Origin: Phoronis australis
Taxonomy: Eukaryota > Animalia > Phoronida
Length of the DNA stretch: 64,000 bases
Direction of reading: 5' to 3'
Assembly (NCBI GenBank): GCA_002633005.1
Contig: NMRA01000311.1
Span: forward strand, 324,531 to 388,530
The notes beneath the pieces were generated by a model, which did not search any database, was not told the origin of the DNA, and saw only the letters and a list, made by a program, of their open reading frames with translations. This document shows positions 51,401-64,000 of the stretch, one piece after another. A program made the translations under genes and the position numbers. Each line of letters begins with the position of its first letter. Within the stretch, counting starts at the first letter, position 1.

Positions 51401-52436
51401 ATCAAACTAATTTGTGATGGACTATCTGATTGCAAAAACTATTCATTACTTTTTAATATTTTGGTCCCAGTATTTTCAAATTATGTCATGGACCACCTTG
51501 GTAAAAACCTGAAATTGCAGAACGTGGCGAGTGACAAATCTATGTCACATTTCAAGTCAGAGAATGTCGTTTAGGTGAATAGTTTCGTCAGTTTTATCAG
51601 CATAACTCCAAAGCATCAGTAGACAGATAATTGAGTGGTTATAGCTAAGGTCAGTGACTTGCAAAGTTGTTGCTGTGTAAGTTTCTCACAGCAAGCCGTA
51701 TCGTACTCGAAATTTCAAAACCCACTTGCCTCAACAAAATTTTTCACAATTTTCGAATTAAGATCGACAACATGGTGAAACAACATAGGGTGTTAAAACT
51801 GTTTTTCTTTCATAAGGACAGAAGGCTTCTATTCTATTGTTTCCGCGCCGTCCGACTATAGCCGTAGAAGCTCACGGCGCGGGAATCGTAAGTAGGAAAG
51901 GGCGTAACCCGGCCAATCGGTATGTGTGCCGTGCCCCCATAGACTATATGGTGCCACTACACAAGTACCTATCCTTTGGGAGTTAAAATAACAGGGCCCT
52001 TCCCAGTACCACTGAATCCCATTTCAAGGACTCCCCTCGCCTTCGCCTAGTCCCAGCCTAACAGTTTACGACTACTTGATCTGGCAGTGCCCGTCGTGGA
52101 CGTCTTTCGGATTGCCGTATTGTGTACTACACATATCAAGTATCATGGACGAATAAACATTTTTAGTTTTTTTCGCAATGTTTCCATTTTAACCACCGTT
52201 ATTTTTCAATGACACTTCCAAACCTAGTCTCCCTGGAGGCTAAGTAGCGTCAGATCGCACCATATTTGCAACGACATGTAAACATAAATCCTAAATGTAG
52301 TTATGTAGGTTATATGTTATTTACTATTTCATATAATTTATGGGTCATGACAAATTCTATTCAAGGGACACTCACACACCCAGTGACTCAGTCATTTCCC
52401 TCCTCAAGCGGGCTGATGCACATACGCGTCTTTTAT

Positions 52437-53283
52437 CATAGGCGGATTTAGATCCAATTTCAAGTGTCAAATTCGGAACACGGCGCAGTCGTAACGGAAC
52501 ATGGCTAAGTATAGGCTCTCTCGCGATATCCCAGGCGACCGGCAGTGGCGCTGCGCACTACGACTCCGTTTCCGTCGTCTGCTCCACTGTGCAATGAAGA
52601 AAATTACTTCATTTTAAAGAAAATGGAACCCGAGTGACGATGAAAAAATAAAAGCTGCTGGTAAGATGTGAATTTTAATCGAAGCCTTATTGAATCACTC
52701 AGAAACTCATAATTCTCTCTTTGTCAAACCTTAACTTAAGACCATTTCCAAAGCAATCCGTCATTATAGCCAACACGAAAAACGGATTTCGTCTTTTGTG
52801 CAATTGAACTATTTTAAATACAACAAATTTGTTACGAACCGATTGCACAAAATACAAAACGTGTAATAAGCATTACAAAAAGAAGTAGGTTTCGCGTGCA
52901 AACACTATGGACCATAAACAAGTAGGTCTTTTACTATGAAGTGGAAGTTAAATCGTGGTTGTGTAGTGGTAAAGCACGAGCGCTCTATCCTCCAGGTCGT
53001 GAGATCTAGGGTGGAATTTTCAGTTTTTCGCTGTTTGACACGTTCTCTGTATTTTTTTTTGTTTTTTTTTGCCTTTTTTCTTGGATAATACATCAGGAAT
53101 CAAGGAAAATGTTTGATTTTTAGCGGAAAAACAGAAAAATTTCCTGGGCGGGAGGGGGCAAAACCGTTTTGCCCCCTCCCGACCTCCCCCCATTCGGTGC
53201 TATGCGCATCTACAATCGTGGTTTGCGCAAATGCTTACAGACAAAATGTTGCCCCCCCTTGTGATATCCTAGATCCGCCACTG
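52437..53283. mobile_element. Second long copy of the 5-bp-TSD hAT-like element (internal deletion after left end)
   Basis: Same termini as 35974-36985, TSD TTTAT on both sides, interior homologous to about 36150-36985. Confidence 0.85.
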
Positions 53284-54007
53284 TTTATCATCCGATCCCA
53301 CCTGATATCAACTCACCTCATTCCTTTTCCTACCCGCCGCAATGATTCCAACGCGCTTAGCTGTTATTGTTCATTTCACCGGTGAAGAGGCAGGAAATCA
53401 CTCAGCTAAGGGCGGCATCGCAGTGAGGCGCTTTCGTGGCTCTTTTGTACCAAAAGTTGCTGGTTTTTCAATAACATTTTTTTTCACCTACCTAGTTACG
53501 TTACATTCTAGCACGGTCCAGTTACGCGGCGGCTCTCTAAATTTACTGAGAGCACCCAAGGCGTCGGACGTGCGCGCCGATTTTGCGCAGTATTTTTCAT
53601 TGTTTGCATTTGCTCACATCATTTCCATTGAGTGACTGTCTTGGACTGATGACAACCCGATGACTCTAGTCTCTAACTTCTATTGCGAGTGAGTCATGCG
53701 AAGCAGTTCAATAACCGCATAAAGGATTTTTCCGTCCACTTACCTATTGCACGGCGTACATGTATAGCTTGTATCATAGACCAGACAAAATAGATTCTGA
53801 TATTAAATAAAATTCATCGAGTTAGTTAAATGTAGGATTTCGGTCATTTCTATTTATAGTCGCATATTGTGCTTTCATCATAACTTCTGAAGTTTTTTCC
53901 TTAAATACCCATGTTTTCGGTTTTATACGAGTTCTTTCCCTTCAGTGCCCGCCTCAGCTCCAATCTTTGTACTTTCTAGTCGAAAGAACTCGCACTTTCT
54001 CTGCTCC

Positions 54008-54240
54008 TTTTGTGCGAACTCAAGATAAGTGGGGTTATCAGACTGTGCATACATTAAAGTTTATACATATGAGTTTCTAGTCCAAATTGCATTATATCCG
54101 TTCTACAAACTCAAGTGAAAACTCGAAGTTCCGAGTTCAAACTCGAACTTATACCAATGCAAACTAGGACTAAAAATTATCCACGTACTTATTAATGTAC
54201 TCGAGCATAGAATAGACACTTATCTTGAGTTCGCACAAAA
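54008..54240. repeat. Inverted-repeat (MITE-like) element
   Basis: ttttgtgcgaactcaagataagtg ... cacttatcttgagttcgcacaaaa. Confidence 0.6.
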
Positions 54241-55491
54241 GTAGAGTAGAAAATGCTAAACATACATGTAATTTCGAGTTCCATTTCGAGTAAAAAGATT
54301 AGAGACCGAGCCCAGCGGCCAGTAGTAAAGTTTTATTGGGTTGCCGACTTCTGAATTTGTACACCTCAACGCGACGTCGTTTTTTTTTTTCTTTAATTTT
54401 GACCATCTTGAAAAATCTCAGAGTTTGATTTATCTACCGTATGTATTTTTACACACTTTCTAATGGAACTGTCAACTCTTGGTATTGTTCTGTAACAGGG
54501 CTTGCCAGGACCCAGCCATCGCTTATGATTCCGACAATGATAATCCCGCTACCGAGGGTAGCCTACCAACCAAAATACCTACGACCATGCCTACGACTAT
54601 AAGCATACATCCTGTAAGGCGACCTAGAAAAAATTGGGTCAAACACCACCATCTTTACTCTCCTAGACGGATTTCCCCAGCTGAGGTCGTCACGGGATTG
54701 CGTGCAATGCAGAGCAAAGGTATTAGTAGGAAGTTTTGTTTATGTTCACTTAGGGCCTACTTCCAGATTTGCTGTCCGTGTCGTCCTGTATTTTCCATGC
54801 TGGTTCCTCTGATGTGGACTTAATTGGTCACCCGCCACTGAAGCCGGTCCGAAGTGACAAATGACAGTAATGTTGTTTTTCGCGATAAAGTGGCTTGTTG
54901 TTTATCACGCCCTGTAGCACATTTCTGCAGTCATGAAAGAGTTAAATCTTCGTGTCTCTAAGCTTGGAGTTGACTGAGGACGAGGGGTGAGTTATTATGG
55001 TTACATTTGTGTTTTGTGGCATACAGTCTCCAGGTGGCAAGACCGTCGGCTCGACTGAGTGCCCAAACAACATGCCAATTGTTATGATGACCTGTGAACT
55101 TGCAATAAACTAATCGTGATTCTGTTCTCCTCATTGAGACTGTAAACAATGCAAAGGCATGCTCATATGACTGTAAAGGTTCGCAGCTAATAAACCTTCT
55201 GAAGCGGCCAGCAGGGGGTATGTGCGAGTTAAAACTGATTTTAACACTGAGGGAATTTTTAATCACTGTATGGGAATTTTTGGCCAGATGGTTGTAATTT
55301 CGCCAGATTTTTAAATATTTTCAGGGGGGATGAGGTCGGTATTTGTCTTAATTCAAGGTATTTAGTGTCCTGAATGACACAGGGGTGACGTATATATAAA
55401 TTGAGCAGTTGCTGCATGGACGTACAAGTTTTCTGGAACGTCAATTTAACTTAGGAATGCATTGTTTTCTTGCAGTTATTGAGACTCAAGC

Positions 55492-58400
55492 ATGATCTCC
55501 ATTACAAAAAGAGTGGGCCTTACTCTTGGCGAAGTTGTGTCGAGGTTGAACAAGTACTCCTCGCCTAGTCTGGCTGAGAGCTGGGACAACGTTGGATTAC
55601 TTGTAGAGCCATCTCCGCCCCATGTCATCAACAATGTCTTATTGACCAACGATCTGACAGAGGGAGTGTTGGAGGAAGCACTCACAAAGGAGATCAACTT
55701 CATCCTCTCCTACCACCCCCCTATATTCACTCCTATGAAAAGACTGACGCAAAATACTGCAAAAGAGCGCATTATAGTTAAGTGCATTGAGAGCAGGATT
55801 GCTGTCTACTCACCACACACGTCATATGACGCCATGGAGAAGGGAGTAAACGATTGGTTACTGGAACCATTTGGTAGGTACATAGTTTAATTAAAAGAGA
55901 ACGGCTGTAAATTCAGCATTACAAATACACAGGTTGTGACGTTTAGTGTTTTCTTGCTTGCAGTATGTACTGTCACTAGACTACATGTAGTTGTAAGCTA
56001 TGTTTGTACGAAAGTGATTTGGCCATTCTCGATACAAGACAGTTGCCAACTTGTATTTTTGTTCAGTTATGCAAAGTAACACATTGACCGATTACCACAA
56101 ACATTTCTCAAAAAGTGTGTTTAGCCTTCTCTATGCTAATCAGTGTCCAAAGGGGGTAATGAAACCTTTAGTTACCATGCCGGGTAGACAGTACCATCGT
56201 TTGAACTGGGCCAGAAAAGGTGTGGTTCATACACGCCGGGTCTTCGCATAAACTACTAACCTGAAAGCTCAACTCTTAAGCACGGCAGGGAACCCGGGCC
56301 ATTCTTCACGAAACACATTTACAACCCACAGTTTTAGTGCAGTATTTTGTGGCGAGTAGAAATGAAGAGTTAATCCGCGCTCCGAGGCTAGACAGTACCA
56401 CCGTCTCAACTGACAGTGGGGACGGTGGCCATTCCATAGGTCCTCCACACGCCGGAAGCTTTTTGGCCAAATTATGCCTCACACTTCCTAAACCATCAAA
56501 GTTATGTTGCAATAAGTTCCTTTTTCCGCATAGAAGGACACCTTTGGAGGCCGTTGACGTCTTTAATTCCTCCCAACTCAAACATATACTCCCGTAATCA
56601 AACTTTTTTCGAACAGTCCTTTGTTCAATTGTCTAAAGTACTTATAGCAACACGACTGATGATTTAATCAGTGTAAATGCATTTTGTCTCTGCAGGTGAG
56701 TGTACGTCATCGCCGCTCAAACAGACCATTGCTAAGAGTCATCTGACGAAGGGAGGGTTCAGGGTAGACATCAATTGCGACAAAGACACTGCTTTGCAGT
56801 TGCAACTTGATTTGACGGCTACCTCAGGAATTGTTTCATACCAATGTTTCGAGTAAGTTGAAAACGGACCATTTGATGAATTTCAAAACGCCAAAAGGAT
56901 CTCGTAGGGCCTATCTGTATAATTCCACGGTGACTAGTCTCGGTAGGGGTACTTTCACTGACTTGGTAAATTGGAACAGGGTTACCTGTCGCTGATTAAG
57001 TTCACTGTCATATGTCTGAGTAAGTTTGCTGGGTGAGGTAGTCCCATCTTGGGGATATTTTCTTAAAAAAAACCCAGGATGTTTGGACTGGGAAAACCTA
57101 CGATTGGTATATGTGTGTGTGTGTGTGGGTGTGGGTGTGTGTGTGTGTGTGTGTGAGTGTGTGTGAGGTTAGGGGAAATTTCATTGATCAAAGTCCGTAC
57201 AACAGTAGAGATTTTGGCTCTTGAGCGGCCCACCCTACTTAGTCATATTGTAAATGTAGGTAATATTACTATTTACCTCGGAGAAATTCCTTTTCAATTA
57301 TGGCAAATATGTTTTAATTTAAATTTACAATCCTCGCATTGAAAATCGAATTCAGAAGTAAGGCAGGGGTTATCATTTCTTGATTTCTATGCTTATACTG
57401 TGGCTGGAATGTAACGAACAGGCTTTGTTTTTCAGTAAATAATCTTTATTCTATCTTACTTTAACTTGTATACTTGCCACCTGCTGATATACTCTTCATT
57501 GACTTTAAAAGTGGCTATAAGCAACTGAACCTCGCGGCATATTTTGAGTTATAATGAAGAGCAAATTGTTGTTCGCAGGACTCATTTGGACGTAGAAGAA
57601 GAAAGCAAATTAAGTGTTGTCTGTGACGACAGTGGTTTGCTGAACGTGCTGAATTTCCTCAAGACCTACGAAGAAAGTGTTAAGAGTAATACTGAGGTCA
57701 TTCAGTTAGAAAAGGTGAGGTGGTGAGACTCGATTATGTCATATGTAATGGGGAATGATATTGAGACTCTTTTCATGGATTCATTCTAAGCTCATATTTT
57801 AGTGGCCCATTGTATGATTACAACGAAGAGAGCAGACACTTCTTTTTTGTATTTTATATTTAATGTCAAAAAGTTTGAATGTGAGTGAAACTTTCATTGT
57901 TTATGTCGTCTTGTCTAGTTTCATTTCCAAACAATTCAAACGAGTCAAAAAGAGTAAAAAATACAGGCTGTATGTTGAACGTACAGTTGATATAAATGAA
58001 TTTTGTGTTTCTATTAGTCCCGCCTCCCTGATATAAGAACATGGTTATATTCCATAAGTTTGTCTCATTTCTCAATCTTCATTTTTCTTGAACTCTAGCC
58101 TCCCTTGCCAGGCGTAGGCAGCGGCAGATTGGCCATTTTGAAAACCAAGCTTAGCGTGCAGGAAGTCGTGGACTTGATTAAACATCATCTAGATCTCCAA
58201 CATGTGCGACTTGCCTTGGGCAGGAACAAGGAAATGTGTAAGTATACCTGTGCGCATGCCTGAACGTGCATCCTACCATAGGACTACTTCTCCAAGGCGC
58301 TAAATTCCTTTGTCTTTTGACTAAAATTTCGTCTATGTCTGGTGTATTCTGTTTCACGAATACAGGCTAAGGCTAAAAGTCAGAAAATCTGTTTATGACT

Positions 58401-61400
58401 CAAAGCTAAAAGACAGAAATCCGTAGCCTACTAGCCAGTAGGCTCACCTTGAAATGGACTGTGCATGCTAATTCCTTGTCCCTGTGATTGCTTGGTCAAA
58501 TTAGTTAGACACACAACATAACAATGTGAAATAATGTGAAGTAGGTTGAAAATTGCAAAATGTTTTTAAGAATGAGTTTTGTGTCGAAAATGATCTGCTG
58601 TAAATCACTCAACGGTGTCCAGTAAATGTCTGATGTAGTGTTGGGGAATAACGCTGCATGATGCTGGCTATGTGAGTCCCGCCAGATACGTCATTAGTGC
58701 ATAGGTCACCTATTTTCAGAATTTTTGTTTTCACATTTACGTCAGTGAATACAACTGCACTTTGTTTAGTGTAGGTGATGTTCAAATAGCATTGTCATTT
58801 AGTTCCTGCTATATATTAGCATAGTTAGAAGCAAATACATCTTTAAGTCAAAAGTTAGACACTTAGTGAAGCAAGCCCCAAATTTCCTGTACGCTGGCAT
58901 TGCCAAGGCTAACCTGATTAGTTGCAAGAATATTTTAAGTCACCAGAAACAAATACTAGAGAGGCAGAATACATGTGTAGCCTTTATTTGATGACGTGTC
59001 AATTTAAATTTTATTGATGTGTGCTTTTGATGAATTTGTTCTGCTTTCTTTTTCCGGAAACATGGGTTTTGAAAACCAGTAAGCAGTTTCATTAGCAGGT
59101 CATTTAGATTTTACAATCTCCGTTGAGGATGCGTACATCAACGAGAGCAATGCAAAGCTTTGAAATGCGCCCACGAATGCACCACAGATGGTGTGCTTCT
59201 TTGTTTATTTATTTGTATCATAAAAATGGCCACTAGATGGCGCAAAATGTCAAATCCATCCGAAAATAGGAGCATGCCATTGCATCTTTAATTGAAAGCT
59301 ACTTACCAAATTTCATAAAAATCTGTCAAGGAACTTCAGAGAAACGAAGGAAAACTGAAAAAAAAAAAAAATTGCCACAGCTTTTGTTGGATCCGCCTGA
59401 AAGTCGTCATAATCTGTTGTTAGCTTGGTATAAATACACTAAATTTAATAAATATCCTGCAGCGGGTTTAGGAGATACAGCTATGGGTGCAAAACAAAAC
59501 AAAACTACCACTAGGAGGTGCCACAGTAGTCGAAGTGGTCATCGTCAACCGTCCTCTTCACAGTGAGAACATATACGCCAATTTTCAAAATTATATGTAG
59601 AATGGTTTGGTTGATAGCGAGGTGGACGCCAAAAACAGACTCGAAAATAGTGAAAATGGCCACTAGGTAGAGCAAAATTCGGAGATTAGAGCAAGTATCA
59701 AACAAAAGAGAGCTGGCCCTCCAACCATAAATGCCAGAGTGGAGTTAATCAGTCCTGTAAGATATTAGCTACAGGGGTGATCTTCCCAACTTGTTGTTGG
59801 GCTATAGAATCGAACAAGTTGGGAGCTAAGAGAAAACGCCATAATGGATACAGAGGTAAAGATGAAAAACTAAAATTGCCAATAGGGGGCACACTGGTAG
59901 TCAGAGCCGTCCAAAAGTCTGCAGTCGTCATCGGCGTTGTCAGCATCATATAAATACACTTGCTAAATTTAGTATAGATCAACAGTTTAGGAGATACAGC
60001 CATGGGTGCAAAAATGCCACTAGGAGATGCCACAGTAGTCGAAGTCCTCGGAAATTGTCAGTCGTCCTCTTCATAGTAAGAACATACATGCCAATTTTCA
60101 CAATCATCCTTAGAGCGGTTTGGTTGATAGAGGGGTGGACGCCAAAAAAAACAGACTGGAAAACAGTAAAAATGGCCACTAGGTGGCTCCTACTACGTCG
60201 AATTCATCTGAAAACGGGAGGGTAGTCTCATCTCACTAATAGATGCCTATATATGTCAATTTTTATGAAAATACATTGAGGACCTTTGAAGATACAGTGG
60301 TAAACATAAAAAAATAAAATTGCCCCTAGGTGGCACACCGATTGTCCGACCCGTTCGAAAGTCAGTCGTTGTCATTCTTTGTCAACTTCATATAAATATA
60401 CTTGCTTAATTCAATAAATATCCTGCAGAGCGTTTATGAGATGCAGCCATAGGCGCAAAATCAAACAAAACTGCCACTAGGAGGCGCTACGGTAGTGGAA
60501 ATCAGAAAATAATCGTCAGCCGCCATCTTCATAGTAAAAGCATAGTACATATAATTTTCAAAATCATAGAGCGGTTTGGTTGATAGAGGACCGGATCCCA
60601 AAAACAGACTCGAAAACAGTAAAAATGGCCACTAGTTGGCGCAAAATATATCGAATGCATCCGAAAACGCTTGGATAGCGACATCTCATTAATGGATGCC
60701 TATGTGCCAAGTTTCATGAAAATCCGTCGAGGACCTTTGAAGACACAGAGGTAAACTAAAAAATTAAAATTAACAGTAGGGGGCACACCAGTAGTCGGGT
60801 CCGTCCGAAATTCGTAGTCCTCTGTCGTCAGCTTTATAGGAACACAACTGCCAAATCTCATTAGATCCTGTGAGATGTTTAGGAGATACAGCTGCGGGCG
60901 CCGTACGACAGAGATGACGGCAATATGCACCCAGATATAAATATGTGGGCGCATGATGAACCCGTGTTACGTCGAATAAAATAAACTTTGATTGAGACCA
61001 CTTTAGACTACTCCTCGATATTATGCACGACGTTCATATATAAAATGACTGACTGTGTCAGGTTGTGTTGTGGAGCCTCATTGCGAACACTAACGAATTT
61101 CAGTTCTTTGCAAGCCGAGAAATCATGATACCCAGGATGTCCTTTGGTCTGCGTTGGCCAGGAACGCTCACTTAGGACCACGCAATCATTGCCCAAGAGA
61201 GGGAGCCAAGCGGCTCCGTAAAACGGTGATTCACAAATTTCACATTTACAGTTTTAGGCATCACTGTCTACTTTCTTTTCTTTGCAGCGTCGGACATCTC
61301 TACTGTAGCCGTATGCGCTGGGTCGGGGAGCAGTGTACTCAGAGGCGTCAAGGCGGACTTGTATCTGACCGGAGAAATGTCACACCACGAGGTGTTGGAA

Positions 61401-61556
61401 GCCGTGTCCAGGAAAACTAGCGTCATACTGTGTGACCATAGCAATACAGAGCGTGGGTTCATGCACGTGTTAAAACCCAGACTGAGCGAGTTATTCGATA
61501 ACGAAGTGAAAGTCATGGTGTCTGAAGTCGATCGAGATCCCTTGGCGGTTGTATGA
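55492..61556 (+). CDS. NIF3L1: NIF3-like protein 1 (DUF34 / GTP cyclohydrolase I type 2 homolog family)
   Basis: Exons 55492-55873, 56696-56852, 57579-57714, 58099-58237, 61288-61556 total 1083 nt. Motifs: LAESWDNVGLLVEP, LLTNDLT, ILSYHPPIF, YSPHTSYD..GVNDWL, AVCAGSGSSVL, TGEMSHH, HSNTERGF, DRDPL. In-frame stop just upstream of the ATG. Confidence 0.96.
57111..57165. repeat. (GT)n microsatellite
   Basis: Read directly from the sequence. Confidence 0.9.
58453..58845. mobile_element. Kolobok-like element (copy 2)
   Basis: Homologous along its length to 2130-2537. Confidence 0.6.
59140..60958 (-). mobile_element. HINE/DINE-like (Helentron-associated) element with internal tandem array
   Basis: Subterminal inverted repeats ATGCGCCCAC (59165-59174) and GTGGGCGCAT (60945-60954), short hairpins at both ends, no TSD, internal ~150-bp subunits. 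Confidence 0.7.
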
Positions 61557-63214
61557 CTGAACTATCATAGATGAAATTTGTGAAATCATGATAGGCGTGC
61601 TTGGTGGAGATGTACATTTGTCACGATTACATGAAACACTCTGAGGGTTGGAGCAAAAGTTTCTTTGATAGAAATTTTTATTTCTTCCGAATTCTTGTGG
61701 GCAAAAGGGAAAGCACGTGGGCTGATGCTTTGTGTTTGTGAAATCAGCCTGAACTGGCCTTTTATATACTAAATGTTCTATATACCGCCATTTGTCGGAA
61801 ACTAAGTAATAAGTGTTTCAGTTCAGGCGTCCGAAACATCGTGGTTGGAAAAAGCTTATACTGCTTATTTTCTTGGGACTGTTTAGGGTAGAAAAGACAT
61901 GGTTCTGATGCATGTACTTGTAGACTTGGATGTATCTCTCCACTTCGGCAGGAGTTGTCTCTAATAATCCACGTCAGTTAATGCCTGTTTGCATGCTTGT
62001 TCTATTCTGACACGATGGTCGTACGAAGACAAATCCGAACCGTAAATAAACCCAATTCTATTGTTATCCCGCGGCATAGTGCCAGTGGCACCCTACAGAG
62101 ATTGATTGCGGTCTAACGAGCACACCAGACAGACCAGCCTCCCGTTCAGTAACGCTAGGACCTCGCTAAAAAGCAAGTCTTCGCGAAATCACGTGAGACA
62201 TTGTCGTGTATTCTGAATGAGTACACGTGACTGACTAGATTTTAGCTAGGTCTTAGCGTAGATCCTAGCGTTACTGAACGCACGCCAGTTCTAGTTCTGG
62301 TGCCAAGTTGTGCCGAGTCAGCATGCTGGCTACCACCTAGCGGCACGCAGGGAACTAGCGAGTAGTTGCCGACGCACGTAACCATGATAATAAAAGCCTA
62401 ACGGGAATTATTGTTCATCGTCAGTCTGTTGTAATAAAATAGATTTTGTTAAACATAAGGGGCTTACGACTCATTGCAACACACAGGGAGAACGAGATCA
62501 AATCCAAATTAATGTAAAGACAAAGATAAAAGGCTTATAAGAAATCCATGTTTTGATAAAATGCACTGTATTGCGTGCAAGTTCAGTTTCTAATTACTTA
62601 TCAATATTAAACGTAGCTGGGAAAGAGCTGTATATGTTCGAATGCTAGTGTATTTTTAAATACACTAGCATTAAAATCCATCTTTATTTCTAAAGAATAA
62701 AGGGCCGTTTTATTTTCGATTTTATTTTGCATAGGCCTATGCACATATTCATGTAAAGTAATTATACCTAGGAATTCATTTACTCGTTTCTCAAATTAGC
62801 TCAGTTAATTCAATCACGGGTCCGTTGTAAAATACCAGAACGGTCTCGTTCGCACCCTATCGTAACTTGGTAAACACAGCACTCAGCAATAACATTTACA
62901 CTCCAAGAAGAAAGTGTAATTCTGTTACCACTTTTCTACTACTACGACTGAGACATACTATATCCCCTGGCTCTGACTTGCCTACCATCTAAATCTTGAG
63001 GGTTCTACAATGTCTGAACATTTCAATTTTTGAATTACAAATTATGTAACACTTTTATAAAAATATCAACGATTGAGAAATTTTACTTTCTGTGGATTCC
63101 TGAAAATAGTCTGCAATTTAAAAACGGTTGAGCGAGGGAACTTATTCGAAATGGACCATGCTAATCAATTTGATCGTCACGTATGCAAGTTTTGTCAGCA
63201 GGTTCAGGAGAATA

Positions 63215-63304
63215 TTTCATCTTGACTACAATGTAAACATGAACCAAGGGCGTACTAGATTTCATCTTGACTACATTGTAAACATGAACCAAGGACGTAC
63301 TAGA
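63215..63304. repeat. 45-bp tandem duplication
   Basis: tttcatcttgactaca(a/t)tgtaaacatgaaccaagg(g/a)cgtactaga, two copies. Confidence 0.9.
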
Positions 63305-63620
63305 AAGCGAGAGGCAAGAGTGCGAGTACCTCCCGCTCCGGAAATTGGGGGCAACCCCCATGAAACAGGGATCGATGTAGGGACCAGGAGGGAACGTGTC
63401 TCCAATAGTTTTGAAGCGTGAGAGTGAAAATTTGATGGCGAGCGGCATAGTGGGCGCAAGCTGGCAGGGACAGTCGAGTAAATAAAGACACAGCGCCATT
63501 GGTGGACGTAGACAGACCGGCCGGTCCCGGTACACTTCACGCTTGGGACGGGGGGCACCCCGACCAACCCGCGATCGAGAACGCCCGGAAGGCGATCGAG
63601 AACGAGACCTTACACCAAAA

Positions 63621-63645
63621 ATGGCAGACGGCAGTGAAGTACCCG
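63621..63645 (+). CDS. Possible first coding exon (MADGSEVP..) of a gene continuing beyond the window
   Basis: aaaaATGG context in a CpG-rich stretch, followed by the strong donor G|GTGAGT. No homology evidence. Confidence 0.3.
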
Positions 63646-64000
63646 GTGAGTTTAAGTGTCATTTTCTTCTTAAATAAAGGCTACTTTGGTACCAATGCGA
63701 CACACCGGCGAAAAGCGTCAGAGCTTAGCCTTTGTTGTGGATCTGAAATAATACTTGGCTTTTGCTATTTTTTGAAATAGAGACCGCAGAATGCAATGGA
63801 TTTCAGTAAAATGACTTGCGTCTCGTAAATTCGTCAATTTCTCCTTGTTATTAGTAATTCATGGGTTCTTCAGTGGACACGTGTGACATTTATAGTTAAA
63901 TCGTCCCTGGTGACACCTTTGTTAGTTATAATTTGTGAAACAATTCGAACTATCTACCGATACAACCAGGTCCTTGTGTGAGACGGCGATCGGGAACGAA

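Overview
This is animal (invertebrate-like, intron-rich, AT-rich) genomic DNA from a draft assembly, with a 583-N gap and single-N joins. It is not prokaryotic and has no CRISPR or rRNA. I rebuilt five spliced genes by hand from GT-AG junctions and frame continuity. They are the 3' half of an M28B glutamate carboxypeptidase II/NAALADase-like gene (+), an uncharacterised type-I membrane protein with a cadherin/Ig-like motif and EGF repeats (+), mitochondrial ketoacyl-ACP synthase OXSM (-), a WD40 protein head-to-head with OXSM (+), and NIF3L1 (+). A possible first exon of a sixth gene lies at the right end. Introns and intergenic DNA are packed with mobile elements. A young Mag-type Ty3/Gypsy LTR element (LTRs, PBS, PPT, 5-bp TSD) is nested in an older Gypsy inside OXSM. 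There are also MULE-type MITEs with 9-bp TSDs, a 5-bp-TSD hAT-like family carrying a tRNA-like Pol III cassette, a decayed ISL2EU/Harbinger element, Penelope remnants including a 199-bp palindrome, and Helentron-type (HINE) elements with ~150-bp-periodic CTCF-like motifs. No wholly new system can be proven from sequence alone; the best leads are in the findings.
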